Below, one piece after another: positions 63,737-64,000 of a stretch of 64,000 nt of DNA. The position numbers and the translations under genes were made by a program. Every line of letters starts with the position of its first letter. The first letter of the stretch is position 1. The notes under the pieces are model-generated. The model was not told where the DNA came from. It saw only the letters and a program-made list of their open reading frames with translations, and ran no database searches. The stretch is from a virus (taxonomy: Duplodnaviria > Caudoviricetes), in IMG/VR virus record IMGVR_UViG_3300028591_000004, positions 32,001-96,000 of that record; one strand, written 5' to 3'.

Positions 63737-64000
63737 ATGAATATGGGTAATTGGAATGTCAACGTTAACACAAAGGGCTTGCCTCAGAAAGTTGCTTCTG
63801 CAATGTCTTCTCTGGGTGATACCATCATGGGAGCTCAATACGAAATGATTGCTTATCTTGGTTCTCAAATCGTAAATGGAACAAACCATGCAGTCTTGGC
63901 AAAACAGACAATCGTGACTGGCAGAGATACTGAAAACATAGTTCTGTTGATTTTTAATGAAAAGCCCAACGATCCTGAAGCCAGCCTTGTTTCTATTGAA
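63737..64000 (+). CDS. Hypothetical protein (partial, runs off window end)
   Basis: SD AGGAGG; open frame MNMGNWNV...YLGSQIVNGTNH to the window end. Confidence 0.6.
   Translation, partial: MNMGNWNVNVNTKGLPQKVASAMSSLGDTIMGAQYEMIAYLGSQIVNGTNHAVLAKQTIVTGRDTENIVLLIFNEKPNDPEASLVSIE

Overview
A 64-kb segment of a large temperate tailed phage of Bacillota (probably Clostridia), organised like SPbeta-type phages and apparently in the excised (attP-intact) state. On the minus strand, 1-7064 is the head and packaging operon: major capsid (partial), small head protein, protease/scaffold, portal, terminase large subunit and a Zn-finger protein. From about 7.6 kb almost everything is on the plus strand. 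First comes a GC-richer early block with a YonO-like single-subunit RNA polymerase, RNase H and SSB. Then follow many small accessory genes and six tRNAs, a replication/recombination module (second YonO-like RNAP, Sak-like SSAP, SSB, primase-helicase, PD-(D/E)XK nuclease, DnaE, RuvC-like, ThyX, RNA ligase, HNH-AP2, second RNase H), and Xis-integrase-attP (5' half of tRNA-Ser)-HU. Three loci stand out. (1) A lone RAMP/Cas7-like gene and a partner gene are followed by a non-CRISPR array of ten GGCAGCC repeats whose spacers are built in 5-nt steps (fixed G-led triplet plus variable dinucleotide), a candidate RNA-guided system with a non-contiguous code. (2) A ubiquitin-like/E2-like/JAB/E1 operon runs into a retron-like reverse transcriptase flanked on both sides by retron-type ncRNA modules with covarying terminal stems. 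(3) A ~390-nt closed structured RNA candidate carries an NNAAAGN heptamer tract. Two dispersed promoter-like motif families and two 6/6 tRNA-like RNAs are also present. All assignments come from motif reading by eye; no database searches were run.
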